DNA of 49,503 nt, the filler included, from Catajapyx aquilonaris (lineage: Eukaryota): NCBI GenBank assembly GCA_000934665.2. It is 3 parts of 3 records of this genome, joined end to end, with 100 filler letters (N's around TTAATTAATTAA, not from the genome) between each part and the next. Parts side by side here need not be neighbours in the genome. Positions count along the whole stretch, not along the records: positions 1 to 16,384 come from JYFJ02007213.1; 2 more parts are not named here. One strand, written 5' to 3'. Below the pieces are notes generated by a model. That model saw only the letters and a list, made by a program, of their open reading frames with translations. It ran no database searches and had not been told where the DNA came from. Shown one piece after another: positions 1 to 15,036 of the stretch; position 1 is the first letter of the stretch, and each line of letters opens with the position of its first letter. The position numbers and the translations under genes are program-made.

Positions 1-3000
1 CGACGTTGAACTTGGCCGTATTTCTGATCTCACCACTTTTGACGGCCAAGCAGTCAGGAGAACTTGGCCTTTTTTTTACAGAAAGGTTTTTGGTGGGTTT
101 GCTATTTACTATTAATAAGCCCCTACCAGTGGAGCTGAAAATGTTGCAAAAGGCATGCATAACTGTACTGCCATATTACAGCAGACATGTGATGTGCAAA
201 ATGTCGCTAGTGTTGATCATAGTTGGACACCACGTATATAAATTTTAATTGGAATGACTTGTGTCCCCCGTGTTACCGAAACCCATGAACTGTCAAAACC
301 TATTCATCTTTCAGTGTAGCTGTTAAACTGATCATATGCTTAATGATGTACGTCCTTTGATAGCTCTGTGATCCCACTTCCCAGCAGTTATAGGAGTTGA
401 GAGAAAATCAATCATTTTCACTCGTATGTACGCGCAATTCATACTTCTATTCACAGTGACAGAATGCAACATTGCCGATAATGTTCAAAGCAAGCCATCG
501 GTGACGTTTATAACATTTATTTGGATGCACATAACGGCTTTCTCTGATTATATCTACCAAATGCAGGGTGTACTAAAACATATCCCATTACACACACACA
601 CACGAGAGGTCTAATTCCCACACTTCCAAAAGGAAATCCCATTGTTGAAAGACAACATCCTGAATGTCATTTGCTTATCACCCAACCCATCATTCTTCAC
701 CAAAATGTATAGGGCTGCACCGCCTGCTAATGACTAATTTAGTTGTCGTTAGAATTTATATTAACACACATGGGCGGTTGTAATTGATACCGAAATTAAT
801 GAAGCATTGTTTCACCGGTTGGAATTGGCATCATTATTTTTTTCCACCCATTAATGCAAGTGAATTGTGTGTTGGCGCTAAACGGTGCCATTTACATGTG
901 AGGTTGTTGGCACGCCTTGCTGTTAGGTAGACACCAGCTCGATAGCAATTTTTTTTTCTAGTCCCCTTCCATTGTGCGAGTCGTTGGAATTTCTATCGAG
1001 ATTAGAAACTCGCGTGAAACGGCTTAAGAAATGAGGCTGGTAGTCATTAGCAGCATGTACAGGAATTACAAGATGACCCTCGGATATGGCCACTCGCATG
1101 ATCCGTGGCTCTCTTGAATGGGCAAAGCTAAACCAGAAAATAAAGCAATTCAACACGAGAAGGAAGAAAGGAAGTATATAGTTTTTTTAAAAAGAAAGAG
1201 AGAATGTAGGGCATACTCCTTCAACTTTTTTTTTCCTTCTTCTTCTTCTCTCGTCCGCTTCTCAGAAAACGCCGATTGCATTGGAGGAGATAAAAGCTTT
1301 CGTGCAAACCCAGCGGGGCAATTTCTCTGCTTGTCCTCGCACTTGTGGCACACTTCAAACATTGTCTAATGGAGGATTTATAGTTGCTTCCTTAATGACA
1401 CTTGCAGCCGATAGCGGAAAACTTTTCTGTCTACTTCTCCGGATCGAGAAACTGGGCCAAAATCAAGCTTATATTAGGTAAGTGTATATATACAAGCAAA
1501 AATTAGGCTGTAAAAAATATACATTAACTCTGCAAATATGGGTACTAAAGTGGGTATTGGAATACCTCATTTTATTTCCATGCCTTCCCGCGCTTTTATG
1601 TACAAGTTGTGCCTGTCATCGCACTGTCGATTGTCAGTACTTATTCTCTTAACTACCGGGCTCTATTTTTATGGGCGATTTTTTTTTGCGATTCTTGCTT
1701 TCCAGCATTTTTTTTTGTGGTTACAGTTCCACCCAAAAAATCAGTGAACATGGGTCAGTGACCGTGGCTTACCCGTTTATTTGGTCCCATTCACGGAGCA
1801 CCTTTTTGCTCAGATTAATCGATTATCCGTCTGTGCGACAGTTTTCTGGGAAGAAAAGAAGGAGGGGAAAAAAAAGTTTGAGGCAAAAAAAATGAAAAGA
1901 AAGGTTGTGAAGGACGTAGTAGACATATTGCACTCTCGCGAAGCATTATGTCAATTCTTCTTTTCCGCCAAGAAAGATATTTTATCGGCAGGCATATGAT
2001 CAATGGGTCTTGGGGAATAGGTGAGAGTATTGTAACACACGATAGCTGTAATACTATCTGTCACTTTGCTGTATAGTGCACACGCTCTTTTTTTATGGAA
2101 TTATGTGCCCCCTGAAATTTTACCCTAATGGAAAGTAAATAGGCGGAGTTTGAGCGGGGGAGACCCGATGCGAGATTTTTTAATGAAGGAAATGATATTC
2201 CGGCTCATTAGTGCTCGCATGAAAATGTTTGTTTTTTTCCCGATTACCCCTCTTTTTTGCCGCTTCTATTGTTGCAGTGATTTATTTTGCAGTTTGTACG
2301 TGTCCCGCCTTGGCAAAAGGGAGAGAGGCACATGTAAGCCGAGTGTATACTCCGGAATATTTTCTTCAGGGACCGGAGACTTGGCATGGTAGAAGGGGAA
2401 TAAGATATGAGGTGTATGGTTCTCCAGGGAGCATACTTACCACGGTCGAGTAAAGTGAGCGTCAGGTGAAGAATATCCCCAGTGGCTTTTACTGTACTGT
2501 AGGAAATGGGGCACCTTTTATTTACACGGCCGCCAAGACTAAAGGGCTTGCTATCTTTGCTTTGCGTTTTCTTTCTCTGTGTCGGTGTGTGTGTGTATGC
2601 AAGCATTGCAAGCTCCAGTAAATCCGGGGCCGGTGTACAGATTTTGCCTCTGGCACAAGGCACGTCTTGAAATGGTTTTTTTTGTACTTACCACAGACCG
2701 GATAAGTGAAATGAAGAGGGCATCTTTTTTATTTACCTTTTTGGCGATTCTGCTGGCGCACGATGCGGTTCTGATATCATCTACTGGGAAGACTTCTGTT
2801 TGCTCCTGTTATTAGCTCTTTTTGGGGAGCTCCGGAACATTTTGCAGACTTGCTGGGGCGAAATTGCGAGCTTTTCTGTTTATCAGGAAAGGCCCAGTCT
2901 TTTTCGGCGAGGGGGCAGACCAATATATGTCGCCATCAGTGAAAATGATTTTGCCACTTGTGCATGCAGTGGAACATCAAAGAGTATAGCATGAGACGGT

Positions 3001-3342
3001 GCATGTTCAGCATGCGAATCGGCGTACTAATTATACACCGGTGCTCTATACCAGGAGTTGTCAAGGGCGCTCATAAGGCAGCGATGACTCTCACCATCTC
3101 ATTGATAAGTACTGCAAAGCGACAGAGACTTGTGAGAGGTATTTTCGAGTGCACTCGAGTTTTAACTGGAGATAATTTTGAACTCTGCAGGGAAATAGTT
3201 TGAAAATTGACTGTACTGGAGCTAAACTATTTTTTGAGTGGCTTCTCTTCATTCCAAATTTTGAACGCGTAAAAATAATCACCATGTGCATCGATGATAT
3301 AGAAGGAGAATTAAAAAAATTGTTGTATGCGGGTATCGGATG

Positions 3343-3445
3343 AAATTGATAAATAAATTTGTAATGAAATACGTACATGTAAATTGATAAATAAATTTGT
3401 AATGAAATACGTACATGCAAATTGATAAATAAATTTGTAATGAAA
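3343..3445. repeat. 38-bp tandem repeat, ~2.7 copies
   Basis: Unit aaattgataaataaatttgtaatgaaatacgtacatgt at 3343-3380 and 3381-3418, partial at 3419-3445. Confidence 0.9.
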
Positions 3446-6400
3446 ATATTATTCTCAGTGAATATATTTATTCACTTTTCTGCATAAAAGTTTCATTTCT
3501 CTGCGGAAAAATGCGTAATTGAATTATAGACACTGCAGGTTACTACTAAGTAGATTATGCATTTCATGCATAAAATTAAAACAATCAATAATTTTATGTC
3601 CCATAATGAAGAAGTGAATTTGCTTATGCATATGTGTATATATTTTAATAAATTTTAAATTTTGAGTATCCCCCACATGAAATTGAAGTCGCATTAATTT
3701 TTTTTTTTGTAGATATACTGTTGGGGTGAATATTTTACCAACGAGCCACGCCAGTAATATTTGCCTTTCCTCATTGCCTCCCCCCAAAAGTCTTAAATGT
3801 GGTTTGAACATGAATAATTCTGAACGCAGTCAATATAACCTAAATGATGAGTGACGCCTGAAGAGAAGCCTTCCGTTTCCTCAATTTATCAAGATATATA
3901 GACTTGTGTATAGAGAGCCCCCCTTCCCGAGTTTCCTTTTCTCCTTCTCTCAAGAAGCCTTCTATAATATTCCTCTTTATCTTTCTGCGCCCCTGGAAGC
4001 AATTCGCAATTTGTGGTCCGCGTCAAATATTAACCACGCCTTGTATCAACATTTCAGGACGCGTAACTCGCGTCGGCGTGAAAGACTGGCTAAATTAGAA
4101 GGAAAACTGGATCACGTTCCGAGATAATAGAGTCTCATCCGCACCGCCTAAATTAAGCATTTCGACTGAAAAGTTGCAGGACAAAAAGCTGTGAAAAGGT
4201 CCTTCAAATTGCCAAAACAAAGGATGGTTAATTTGGCCTTCAAAAAGCGTTGGTTTACTTGTGGCTAAAACTGTTCGATCCGTAGACTGTGTGCATTTTT
4301 TTCTATTTTTGTTGCCAACGATTTCGCCAACGCCATGTCAAATGATATCCTTGGCGAAATCCGGATAAAAATCTCGGGAGTGAGCACATGTTTATTTCCC
4401 AAGGCTTGGGTTTCTCTCCGGATTTTTTTTACCCGTTGGGTATCACCTGGTTTTTTGAAGAGCCAGCCAACCTCCGGCTCCACTTGGCACAATTCCGCTG
4501 AAATATACAAAAAGGAGCCTTTTGAATGGCCTGGAAATGTACTGCCGACAGACCAAATGCAATGTAACTTTTAAAGCGTCGCGTCGTGATCGAATAGACT
4601 TTTTTGTGCGAAATTTGGGGGGTACTGGAGAATAGCATTCAACCTTGACCGTATAACCCATTCAGGTTTGCAAAATGCATTCAGAACCGACTCTTTACAT
4701 TGTTGACAATCATTGTTGCAGTATATACGTGCTAGTTCACACGACTGCGGAAAGGCTTTCACTTACTTGTTACATAGTGATGAAAACAGTTTTATTCCCC
4801 ATTGTTTCTCTGCGTTTCTTGAAGGGATGTCTATATATATGTTGAGCAACGTTATGTGTGTTAGTAGCTCAGCGTTCAATTGATTTGTTGCTTTGAATGA
4901 CCATATATAAAAAAAATTCAATAATCCTACCACTAGTGCATGCTGGCAGTAAATAATAGATGCACAAATTATTCCGATATACTCGCAGCTCCTTGTGCAG
5001 TAAATAAGTAAATGATATCGGGCACTGTTTGGAGAAAATATAGTCCTACAACGTTGGCGTTTGGCTGGAAAAGCGATGTATATTATTCAGACCTAATTTA
5101 CTGCATAAAGAGGTCCTATCCTCAGGGGTGGTCATTTGGACCTATTACACCCAGTTTACCGTCATGCATGGGCTTCTCATTTTTCTACAATTCGAGGAGA
5201 AGTTGAGATATGAATGATTTATGCCAAACCATCGGTTCTTGACCAGGTATATCACACACACAAAGTTCCTCACGCCAGTTTGCATAAAGTTAATCTCCAG
5301 ACTCCAAAAAAAAATTCTGGTCCCCCCCAATTTTTTCTCTCACTCTGAAACAACATGGCATAATGCATGAAGGGCGATAGAAGCTTGCCAACAGCAGCAG
5401 TTTCCCAGGGCTGGGTGTCGGTGGCTCGTTAATATGCCGGGCATGTTCGATATGATAATGGAGGAACAGAAAAATCCGGGTATACAAAACGGGCCTTTTC
5501 TTGTATATATCCCCGGCAGTGGTGCTACGGCCGAGAGCCAGAGAGTAGAGAGAGGAATTCCTCCCGAGTGGCATAATAAAGTAAGCTGGCCCATAATTTC
5601 GGTGTGCAAACAGTTTGACAAAGAGCTGGGAATTAGCCTGTTTTAGTATAGTGCAGTGCAGACAAAACCGCGCACGTGAGCAATGTCCTTGAACTGAGCA
5701 GGACTTGAAGGAATATGTGAATAGGAACCACCTTAGCAGCCAGGTTTAATTCAGAGATGTATACAATGAGGGGCTAAGTGGTACGAAACCACTGGGAGGG
5801 TTAGAGGCTATTGAGAAGTGAAAAAGACTGCAATTACTGCACGGATAAATTTACACCGAGTCGGTTTAATACGTGGCCTAAGTGCACTGATGCATCGCAT
5901 TTTTTAAACATGAGGGGGATATGGGTAGAGAGGATTTATTTTTGCTAGGTTTTTTTAGTGATCCAGGTTTTATTAGGCTTTTGATGTGGTTTTTAAAAAT
6001 GCAACACGCGTTGCCAGTTCATACGAACTTTTTTCGGCGAGAATTTCCCTCATATTTTCAAATAAACCGTGTAATGCCACAAATATGTATCACACTAGTA
6101 TATACAGATGAAAAAAAACTTTCATTGAGAGAGAAATTTTTGTGAAATCCTGATTAAACACACCACAATTTAGAACTACTCGAATTTTCCGATAGCTATC
6201 ACGATTCTCCCTCCAAATATATTTTTTTCCAGGAAAAACAACCAGGTGGTACTAAGGAATACCTTTGATAACGAGCCCTTATTTCTATCCCTGCATCCCG
6301 TGTTAAATCTCATTATAGGCAGTTTGGCAGATGGTATCGTTGACGCGACGGGTGCGATTATAGCGGAAGCTGAGCAAGATTTTCTTCCACGACATTCATT

Positions 6401-7510
6401 GCCCAGCTTTTTACGATCGGACGGGGTTTTTCGAAGCGTGCATCCGCTTCCTGGGCTTGCACAGATTCCTCTTTCTCTCTATGCCTTCCCTAAAGGCATT
6501 GCCGCAATTGCATCTGAGCCCCCCTCAGGCACCTTGCATATATAGACCCGTATCGGGTATTCCCAGAGGGTGACCACCTGCACAGGATATGAGCATTGGC
6601 GGAACTGTAGGAGACACCCAGAGTATAATTGGCAGCTTCCTCCGCATTCTGGCGACGCACTCTAGCAAGGTGAATGTGCGAAAAAATACTATAGGCTATT
6701 ACGTTTGCGCAAATTTATTATTTCCTTTACATCTCTACATAGTTTTATAAAGCAGAAAGTTTGTTAGTATGTATGTCACGGCTACCTGACCCACTTGCAG
6801 GCTACTGAGAGTGCTGAAATTTGCCACACTGATGTCTTACATGCCGCTGATTGAGTAAAAAGTCTGAAAACTGCACTTTTTAAAATTTTTGCTCTCTTGT
6901 TTCACATCTGCAACAATCATTGTGGCAAGATCTATATCTTATTTGCCACTAGTTTTGTTATATTTTTAAGTGGGGGGGAAGGATAGAGAGGCCCTTTCAA
7001 TTGATCGATTGGTTCTGCTGGGTAAACAAGGGTGGGGGGAAAATAGGCTGATAGTTATTTGCCTACCACACATACCGGTGCGTCGATGAAAATGTCAGGG
7101 TGTCGCACTTTCCCCCCCCCCCCCCCNCTGCAGCATCATGGCACTCTTTTCAGGTCGAAACGGGGCGGCAAAAGGAAGGGTAATCTTTATTGACGAACGA
7201 CCTTCAAGGGAGATGGGACTGACATTTGCCGTGCTATCCTTTAAGCGTAATTGAAGTAAGAGTAATGCACGGTGTGTCCAATCAGGAAATTGCTTCGCTT
7301 CAAGGTATATAGAGATGCAAGGAGTCTCATGCCAGAGTAAGTAGACTTCTCTTTTTCTCTCCAAAAATAGATTGGAGTGTGAGCTTGTCCCGGGTGAATT
7401 TGCGTGACATTATTTCGATAGTAATTAGTAGGTAGTTGGGCTAGACTTTGTAAGTGTCAGGACGGTTTAATACGTGAGAGTGCTAAAGGTATTAATTCCA
7501 CCTGTAATAT

Positions 7511-7805
7511 CCTTGCTTAAAAATTAAATGTACAAAATGATTTTCACAATTTATTTATTTATTTTGGTCATAATTATGCCCTGTAAAATGTATTTATTCA
7601 GTGATGAAAATGTGCGTAAAACACACTCTATTTTATACACATTTTAATTTTTTTTTGTCAAATGCATTTATTGATAAAAAAATGTGTAAAATAGTGTGCC
7701 ATACTCTATTTTACACACATTACATTTTACAGAAAATTATGTCCACAATGGAGGTAATATTGTGAAAATTAATTTGTACAATAATTGTTTAATTTTTAAG
7801 CTAGG
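7511..7805. mobile_element. AT-rich foldback MITE
   Basis: Left end ccttgcttaaaaattaaa-tgtacaaaatgattttcacaat matches the reverse complement of the right end (cctagcttaaaaattaaacaattattgtacaaattaattttcacaat). Further internal inverted matches. Confidence 0.7.
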
Positions 7806-10800
7806 AAATTGTTTCCCCTTAATAAGACCCAGGGCTTTATCAAAGGGTAGTAAAATAAATAAATAAATATCCATACAAAATTTCTCATTATCAGAAAGTA
7901 GAAGCTACACAATGTGCCAATACAAAACTGCCCATGGTACTAATTCAGAGTGTTACAAAATGAAACATTACAAAATCCATAAAAGTCTTTGTGTCAGTTC
8001 TTATACAATACACCCTCTTTCAGGTCTGGCCTACTTTTAGCACTAGAAAAACCGCCATTAACAGAATTATTAGCACACCCTGTGTTTAACCTTCTGCAGC
8101 AATGTAACCAAAAGACTCGTGCTGAGGAAACACCAGCAGGGGTTAGCTTGTGGAGCAACACTTGCAGTGATATTTAGGGCTTAATATGTCGTTTTGGAAG
8201 GAATGCATAGTAGGTATTAATTAGAATCTTGGGCTGAGAAAAGTGCGGGTTAATTAAGGTGCTTGAAGGAAGCGGGTCGAGTGCGCCGAAGAGTGAAGGA
8301 CGCCTTAATATTTATGCGGCGGCGCACAATAGTGCAGGCTTCAGCCTAACCGCCATTATCTGATTATTATGCACTTACACGGTTTGATTACCAGGAAGGA
8401 TGTGGATGATGGAACCTAGGAGGCACTTATTATAGCCGGGCGTTAGTACCGCTCAGTTTTACTTAATTACCCTTCGTGTTCCTGGGCAGAAAGAGCGCAG
8501 GTTTGCAATTTCCTCTCCTTGTATCTTCCCGGAGAATTACAGGCCACTGAACTTGCTCGTGGCTTTAGTCCCTCACCGAGCTTCTCTCCTCCGAGGCACC
8601 GGCTTTGTTGCTCGGGATAGAAACAATGCAGGAGCTGCTGTGCGGCTGTTAGTCAGAAGCAGAAAAATATAGGAAGGAAGAAGAAAGAAGGTGACGCCGT
8701 AAGCACAATCAGGAGGTCAAAGAACCTTCGACCTACAGTTTAATTCGGACAAACTTGCGGATTAGGCTGGACCACTGGCCGTTTCCGGGTTGGCCATCAT
8801 TAGGAGATAATGCTGAATTATATAGGCAGGGAAATACTCGTAATAATAAAGGTTGAACTCTGACACAATTTTGAATAAAATGTGATTATATACGGACTCG
8901 CACACCTTAATTAAATTTAGGCATATATTTGCCTATTCAGCATGTTGTGCTAATTATTTATGGCTGGTGCAGTGTGAAGCTCTGGCTGTGTCTGCTTTTG
9001 CTTGGAGGGGGTGGCGTATAGGAGTATTGCGCACTTTTGGTCCCTATTTTGCCTTATCCAACAGCCACTTTGCTCATCTCCCTGATGGCCACGGCTATGT
9101 CCCTGCCAAGTGGGCTCATTAAGTGCTCTCTTCGTTCTCTGGGAGACCTTTTCCGCTCGCATTTCCCAGCTGATGGAATGCAAAGCACCGTCAGAGTGGG
9201 CGGCCAGGGGGGGATGAACGGGGGGGTTCCCTCTTCTCTCTCTCTAGGCCTGGGTGGTGGGTTGGCCTCCCGAATTCATACTGCACGGCCCCGGGTAAAC
9301 CGCCTCGAAAACACCTTCAGAAATGGAGGCGAAGCTCCGGTCTCGACATTGGAATCGGCTACATGCGTGTATATGGATACGAGGTTCCTCTGAAACAGCC
9401 CCGAGGATGCTTAGGAATGGCTCATGTGCACTACAAGACTAATGAAGTGAGGCCTTCCCCCGCCGTTTATTGTGCTTCCCGAGAGGCCTCGTTTGACGCA
9501 TGTAAACTTCCTCATGCATAAGTAGAAACCGTGTACTGGTTCGTTGCTTTGCTAGGGTATGGTTGCTTGTTGCCTTAGAGAGAGACGGGAGGGGAAGGTT
9601 ATAAGTTGGCCGTTTGTCGACCTGTGTTGCTTGGAATATATCTGCTATAAATCTTACAGAAGGGAAACATCATTTGCTTCTAACCGAGTAGACCATTATG
9701 GGGGGGATCGTAACTGATATTCCTAAGACGTCTAATTGCTCTAAAGCATTGCAAAGCAGGACTTGCGCCTTTGGGTATGTCACACGTTGGAGAAGCAGGA
9801 GAGACCTACCAGAGATTGAATGAAAACATTTTACTCAAAGATCGGTGGGATTCAGACTATTGGTTTACACCATGTTATTGCAATAATTAGCTTGGTACAT
9901 ATGTCCCGGGCTAATTATTATGATAATCGTAATAAAACAATGGCTTAATAGTAATAAAACAAGGGCGTAATCCGGCTATTTTTTACTGTATACATGCTGT
10001 GCATAGATGAATTGCAGCATGCTGCACTTGTGATATATACACATTAACAATCAATATAAATAACGAATTAAATCGTAATATACTACAACACAGGCATCAT
10101 AGAGTGCGCATTATTGGCTCTAATGGAACCGTACTTGATAATGTTATTAAATTGATTGGAAATGAACTACAAATAAATCACAATTTCCAGCGGTTGCAAC
10201 AATTGCGTCGCCTGATGTGTTGCGTGCAGCAGTGATAGAATTTAACTGCGTTACGGTCACATCAAATGTCATTCAATATTTCCCCGATTTCGAATGGGCC
10301 TAAACAAGGCCAGTAGGCTAATTAAACAGTGACTGATGTGCGAATATTCCAACATGCACTATGTATATATTTGTCAACTTTTTTTCTGATGATTTTAGGT
10401 CAATTTTCATAACAGCATGTGATTTATAATAAACTCTGCAACTATTTGGCCACTCATTTAAAAAAATGTCAATCTGATTTCAAATCTGATTTCTAGGTCA
10501 AATTTGTGTAAATAGTTACTTAATGGATCGCAGGATCTTCGGCTCCCTTTTGGCGAATATTTCCCCCGAGGAAAATTATTCCTGCACCAACCATCAGAAC
10601 GAACAGATGTAGGTCCAAGGCACCATTGTTATCTTCTAAGCAAGCCGGACACCACATCCTGCTGTCTGTACTCCCAACATCTCTCACAGTTCATGTGATA
10701 CGTCAGGTATATATAGTCGCACCCACCACCAAAAACACATCACGAGGGAAACGTCACTCCATCGTGCAGCAGATCCGGCAGCTCCCAAAACGCATTCTGA

Positions 10801-13800
10801 TCTATCCCCTCTGGTAGTTTTCCCATCGCCAAGTTTTGGCGCTGAAGTTGCGATAAGTGACGGCAGTAGCCATAAAATTACCTAAAGGTAGTCCATCCCC
10901 GAGAGAAAAGAAACCATGGGAGGGGAGGGGGTTTTTTGCTCCTCATTCTCTTCCTCTCAGGTGAAGAACGACGTTGCTGACGGGCGGAACAGCTGACAGG
11001 CAATTGTTTCTCCTTGGCGCCTGCCTGATTTAACGGCCTGTTGAGAGGAGAGGAGAGAAGGCAGGACCCGTAATTAAGTTCCCAGCTGCCCTGTTCGGAG
11101 AGATGGTAGCTATGGCGAGGGTATATGAGCATAAAAGAGAGAAGGAAGTGAGCTCCCAGGTTATAGAAAATATTCAAGGTGGGAGACACGGGGGGCTCTG
11201 ATCCTGAGGGAGAGAGAAATATATGGGAAATCTATAAACAAGACAGCAGGGATCTCTCGAATCAACATCGCTGCGGGTGGAAAAAACGGCTGGTGGTCAC
11301 TTGAGTTCGGCTGTACAGGGTGTCACATTGCAACGAAAAATCTAACAACTGTCCTGTATATAGGACGCTGGGGGTAAGCTTCAATCTTGTTAGATGTGGC
11401 GGTCATCACTGCCTGATTATGATTCCGGCGTGTATATGCAGGCCAATGGTGCAGCCAGGCCGTGTCCGTGTATCGTTACACCCTCTTAATTATTATGAAC
11501 GGACTATTCCGCCCCAAGCAAGGTCCGTATATCCGAGGGGCGGTGGAAATCCAGGTTATTAATAGGATCAAGTGGCGGGAAGCCTAAATGCATATTTAAG
11601 CTAATTCTTTCCTATCAAGCGGATTTTACGATTATCATTCATGTAGGTGTTGATTTAATTAAACGACGGCGAGGCTCAGAGTCCGCGTCCTACCTTGTAA
11701 ATGCCACTTTGCTCGGCTGCCATTTTCGAGCTAAATGTCTTGAGAGGATAGTTTTTTTTTTCTCTGTCGCGGAGGTGAACTATGCAAAGTGCATGTCTGC
11801 ATAGAAGACAGCTCCGTTTAAACTTTAAACAAGGTTGGCAGAACATACGTGGTTCTAGCACTAGGATGCGACATATGTCAACTGTTGACCCACTCTTTTT
11901 TTTGGCTTCCAATGGAGCTGTTTGTCCCAAGGTGAACCACCTGTTTAGACCGCACAGGTGTCGTTCCTTGTGTGTTTGAGCGGTGTAATGCTCGGCTAGA
12001 TTGGAAAGTCAGGAGTGAGAAAGGAGGGTTTAGGGGATTTGGAATGCTCCAGGCGGCCACATAGCCAGGAGTCAGACAGGCGTCCTTCTGTTGGGAGATA
12101 GGTGGGTAATGAATGGTCTCCGGAGCCCCTGGAAAACGAATCCCATCCATTTCTTCCTGGAGGGAACAAGGACCAGGGCCAGTGTCCAGCTCGTCTGTCC
12201 AGACCCCCCTCTCTTATCGAAAAATTCCGTAATGAAACCCGATTTTTTTTTCTTTCTCTCTCTCTGTCCCGTCGAAAGGTGCCTGCTAGATAAGCACCGG
12301 AATCGATAGTACAACCATCTTAGTGTGAACAAAATGGGATGTAGTTTGTTTACTGCGGGACGAGAAAATTGCGGCGTCGTGCCCCCGTCCGCTTGCTATT
12401 AGTGTCAGGCCTCCAAGATAACCACCGGGATAAGCAAGGTTTCGCATACCGGTACCAAGATTGATGCCTCGTAAGGCCAAGTCGACAGGTCTGGAGCGAT
12501 AAAGAGTCCAGCATGGTTATTGGCCCAATTTGGAAAATGTGCGTGCGGCCCCGGAAAATGTCACGATCTATGTATATTCAGGTAACGGCCCATTAAATTG
12601 TTGCGCACGTTAAAAAAACGCAACAATGGATTTTAAAAGCTCGAGAAAGTTGATTGATCTATTCACTACCATAATCAAGCCAACATGTCATTAATCGACA
12701 TATGTTGGACCGAAAGGTACGTAACAATACGGTCGGACTTTTTTTTCTTCTTCTTTGCGGCTTTTTGCTCTCGGATTGCGACCGTTTTTTGTGTGCGGCG
12801 ACCATTAACGTCGGAAGAAATAGCTTAGGAGAGCGCAGTAGGTGAGCCTTCTGGGGATTTGCAAGCCCGCTCGGATTTACGTCGAATCTCGCCAAAATCT
12901 ATGAGAAACTGCATTAGCTCCTTAGGGGATTTTCAATCTGCACATTCTCGTGGGTCCGAGTGCGGCCAAGCACGTCGATTTCCACAGCAGATTCTGCTGG
13001 GGCAAGAACCGAATTCTATGAGACCCTCAAAATTTATTGATGTCTGGTTTGTACATTCCGTCATCAGATAATATTTAAATTGGTATGAACGTTTGACCAA
13101 CAATTAGTCAAAAAATTTTGCAATTTTTTACTAAATTTTCAGGCGTTCACACAAATTTAAATATTATCTGCCTGATCTGACCATTTGAAGTGCTTTTTTT
13201 CGTCATTGATGGCTCCCAGTAATATCCGGATAAAAAATTGGTTGGCCCGGATAACTGCCGGAGTCGGAATAAATAGGTCTGAAGCTGGTGCCATTAAATT
13301 ATGGATAGTTTTACGGCAAGTGTCGTTGGGGGGCTTCGGAAAAGTGAGTAGACCTGTGCCCCGCCCTTCACCCTTGATGGCCCTGACAGCTGACACACTT
13401 TGTCTTGCTCCAGCCGTCGCGGCCGCCTTTAAATCAGTGGGTGAAGAGCGGTTCCGAAGACGCAAATGGCTACTTGATTCCTCCGGGTGATGGGCGAACA
13501 GGGAAACCTCTCCGGAGCAACGCGCCACAGAAGAACCGCATTTGGGACCGCAGTAAAGAATCCGGGAGCAGTCAAGAACATGTTCGAACTTAACCTCTTT
13601 TAATTATTATTTAAAGGGTGTTTTTTTTCCGCAGTGAAACAAATGCGAATTTGGTGTTGGTCAAAGTGCTTCAGGGACTTAGGTGTGCTACTTAAGAAAG
13701 TTTTTGGGCAGCCAGGATGATTTACGAGCGTTCCCCAAGAAGAAGAAAAAAATGTTGGCCACCTCTAGAAAGATGCGGTAGGAACGCTGTCGTAATTCAG

Positions 13801-14774
13801 TAAGAAACTTCCAGGGATTTTTTCGAGGTGGAGATGACCTACGGTTGGTGGGGCATCAGGCCAAACTTTGTTCGGCTGAAATGGCGTTGAAACATCTGAC
13901 GCGGACACAAATGTGCCGAAAATCCACAATACTAATAATAATAATAAAAGAAAGTGGGACGCAGCTTTCGTTGGAATTTGAACCCCGCGCTTTTCCCGGA
14001 GAGTGATTCAGAAGGCGGATAATATATTTTTTTAAAGCAGGAATTTTAGTCGATTCGGACGGGCTGCGGCCAAGAATTGGATTTAGTCCGCTGGAGACTT
14101 CGGAGGATTTTTTTTAAAAAGGGGGCTACAATGGCTCCAGCATTTTGCTCTCCCGCAGTACGTAATGGCCACTGAAAATCTCGCTGCGGCGGTGGAATTA
14201 TAACTGACCTTTATGGAAGATGGAGACTTTTCCAGATCAACTAAAGTTACGAGATGAACTGCGCCAGATAAGCTTCTTATTGCCACAAAGCCGTGAATAT
14301 ATGAGGTGATAAGAGCGCAGGCAGCGTTTCTTTAGGGATGAAGAGGTGAAAGAACCCTTTTGCAATCATCCCCGTATTTGCAGTTTTCACTTTCGCCAAT
14401 TGGAATAACTGGTGCGCTTTCAGAACTTTTTTAGTTTTTTGAGGGTGCATAATATCTATGAGAGTACAGTGCGCTCAATGGAGAACTAGCTTACCTGCTG
14501 AGATCAAAGAGCCTCTGTCGGTGAAGTGCGTCGGTATGACGAACTGGCGTTGGTATATGACGGAAAAGTCTTGATTTCAATAGACTCTGCAGCCCCTATC
14601 TATATGCAATTTATGTCCATTGAGTTATACTGCAAGCTTACAATAGGGTCATTCAAAAAGGCTGCTGCAATGGAGCATTTTTTTTCGCGACGTATATCTG
14701 ATATTGGCCTATATATTCATGCCCGTTCGGGGAATAATTCTCTTTTTTAATTTTAATTTTTTTTTATGTGCATA

Positions 14775-15036
14775 CACTCTAAATATTTTTCGAATATTTT
14801 TCACTCGATTTTAGGGATTTTCACTCTTTTGCCTATACTTGATTTGACTCCCACTCTTTTTGAGTGGATCACATGTGTGGAAAATTTTCGCTAACTCATT
14901 TTCACTATATTTTCAAGTACAGTATATGATAATATTCCACTCTAAATGTTTCCGGAGTGAAATTTACTCAAAAAGGAGCATTTTGCGAAATTGCTCATTT
15001 TTGAGTGAAATTTTCACTCGAAAATATTTATATGCT
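14775..15036. mobile_element. degenerate inverted-repeat element (many cactc/gagtg motifs)
   Basis: taaatattttt(c)g near the left end vs cgaaaatattta near the right end. Repeated ttttcactc and gagtgaaa motifs in opposite orientation. No TSD seen. Confidence 0.35.

Noticed and set aside
1..70. Possible exon at the window edge (minus strand RPSSPDCLAVKSGEIRNTAKFNV)
   Set aside because: The acceptor is preceded by poly-A rather than pyrimidines, there is no recognisable motif, and it is truncated by the edge.
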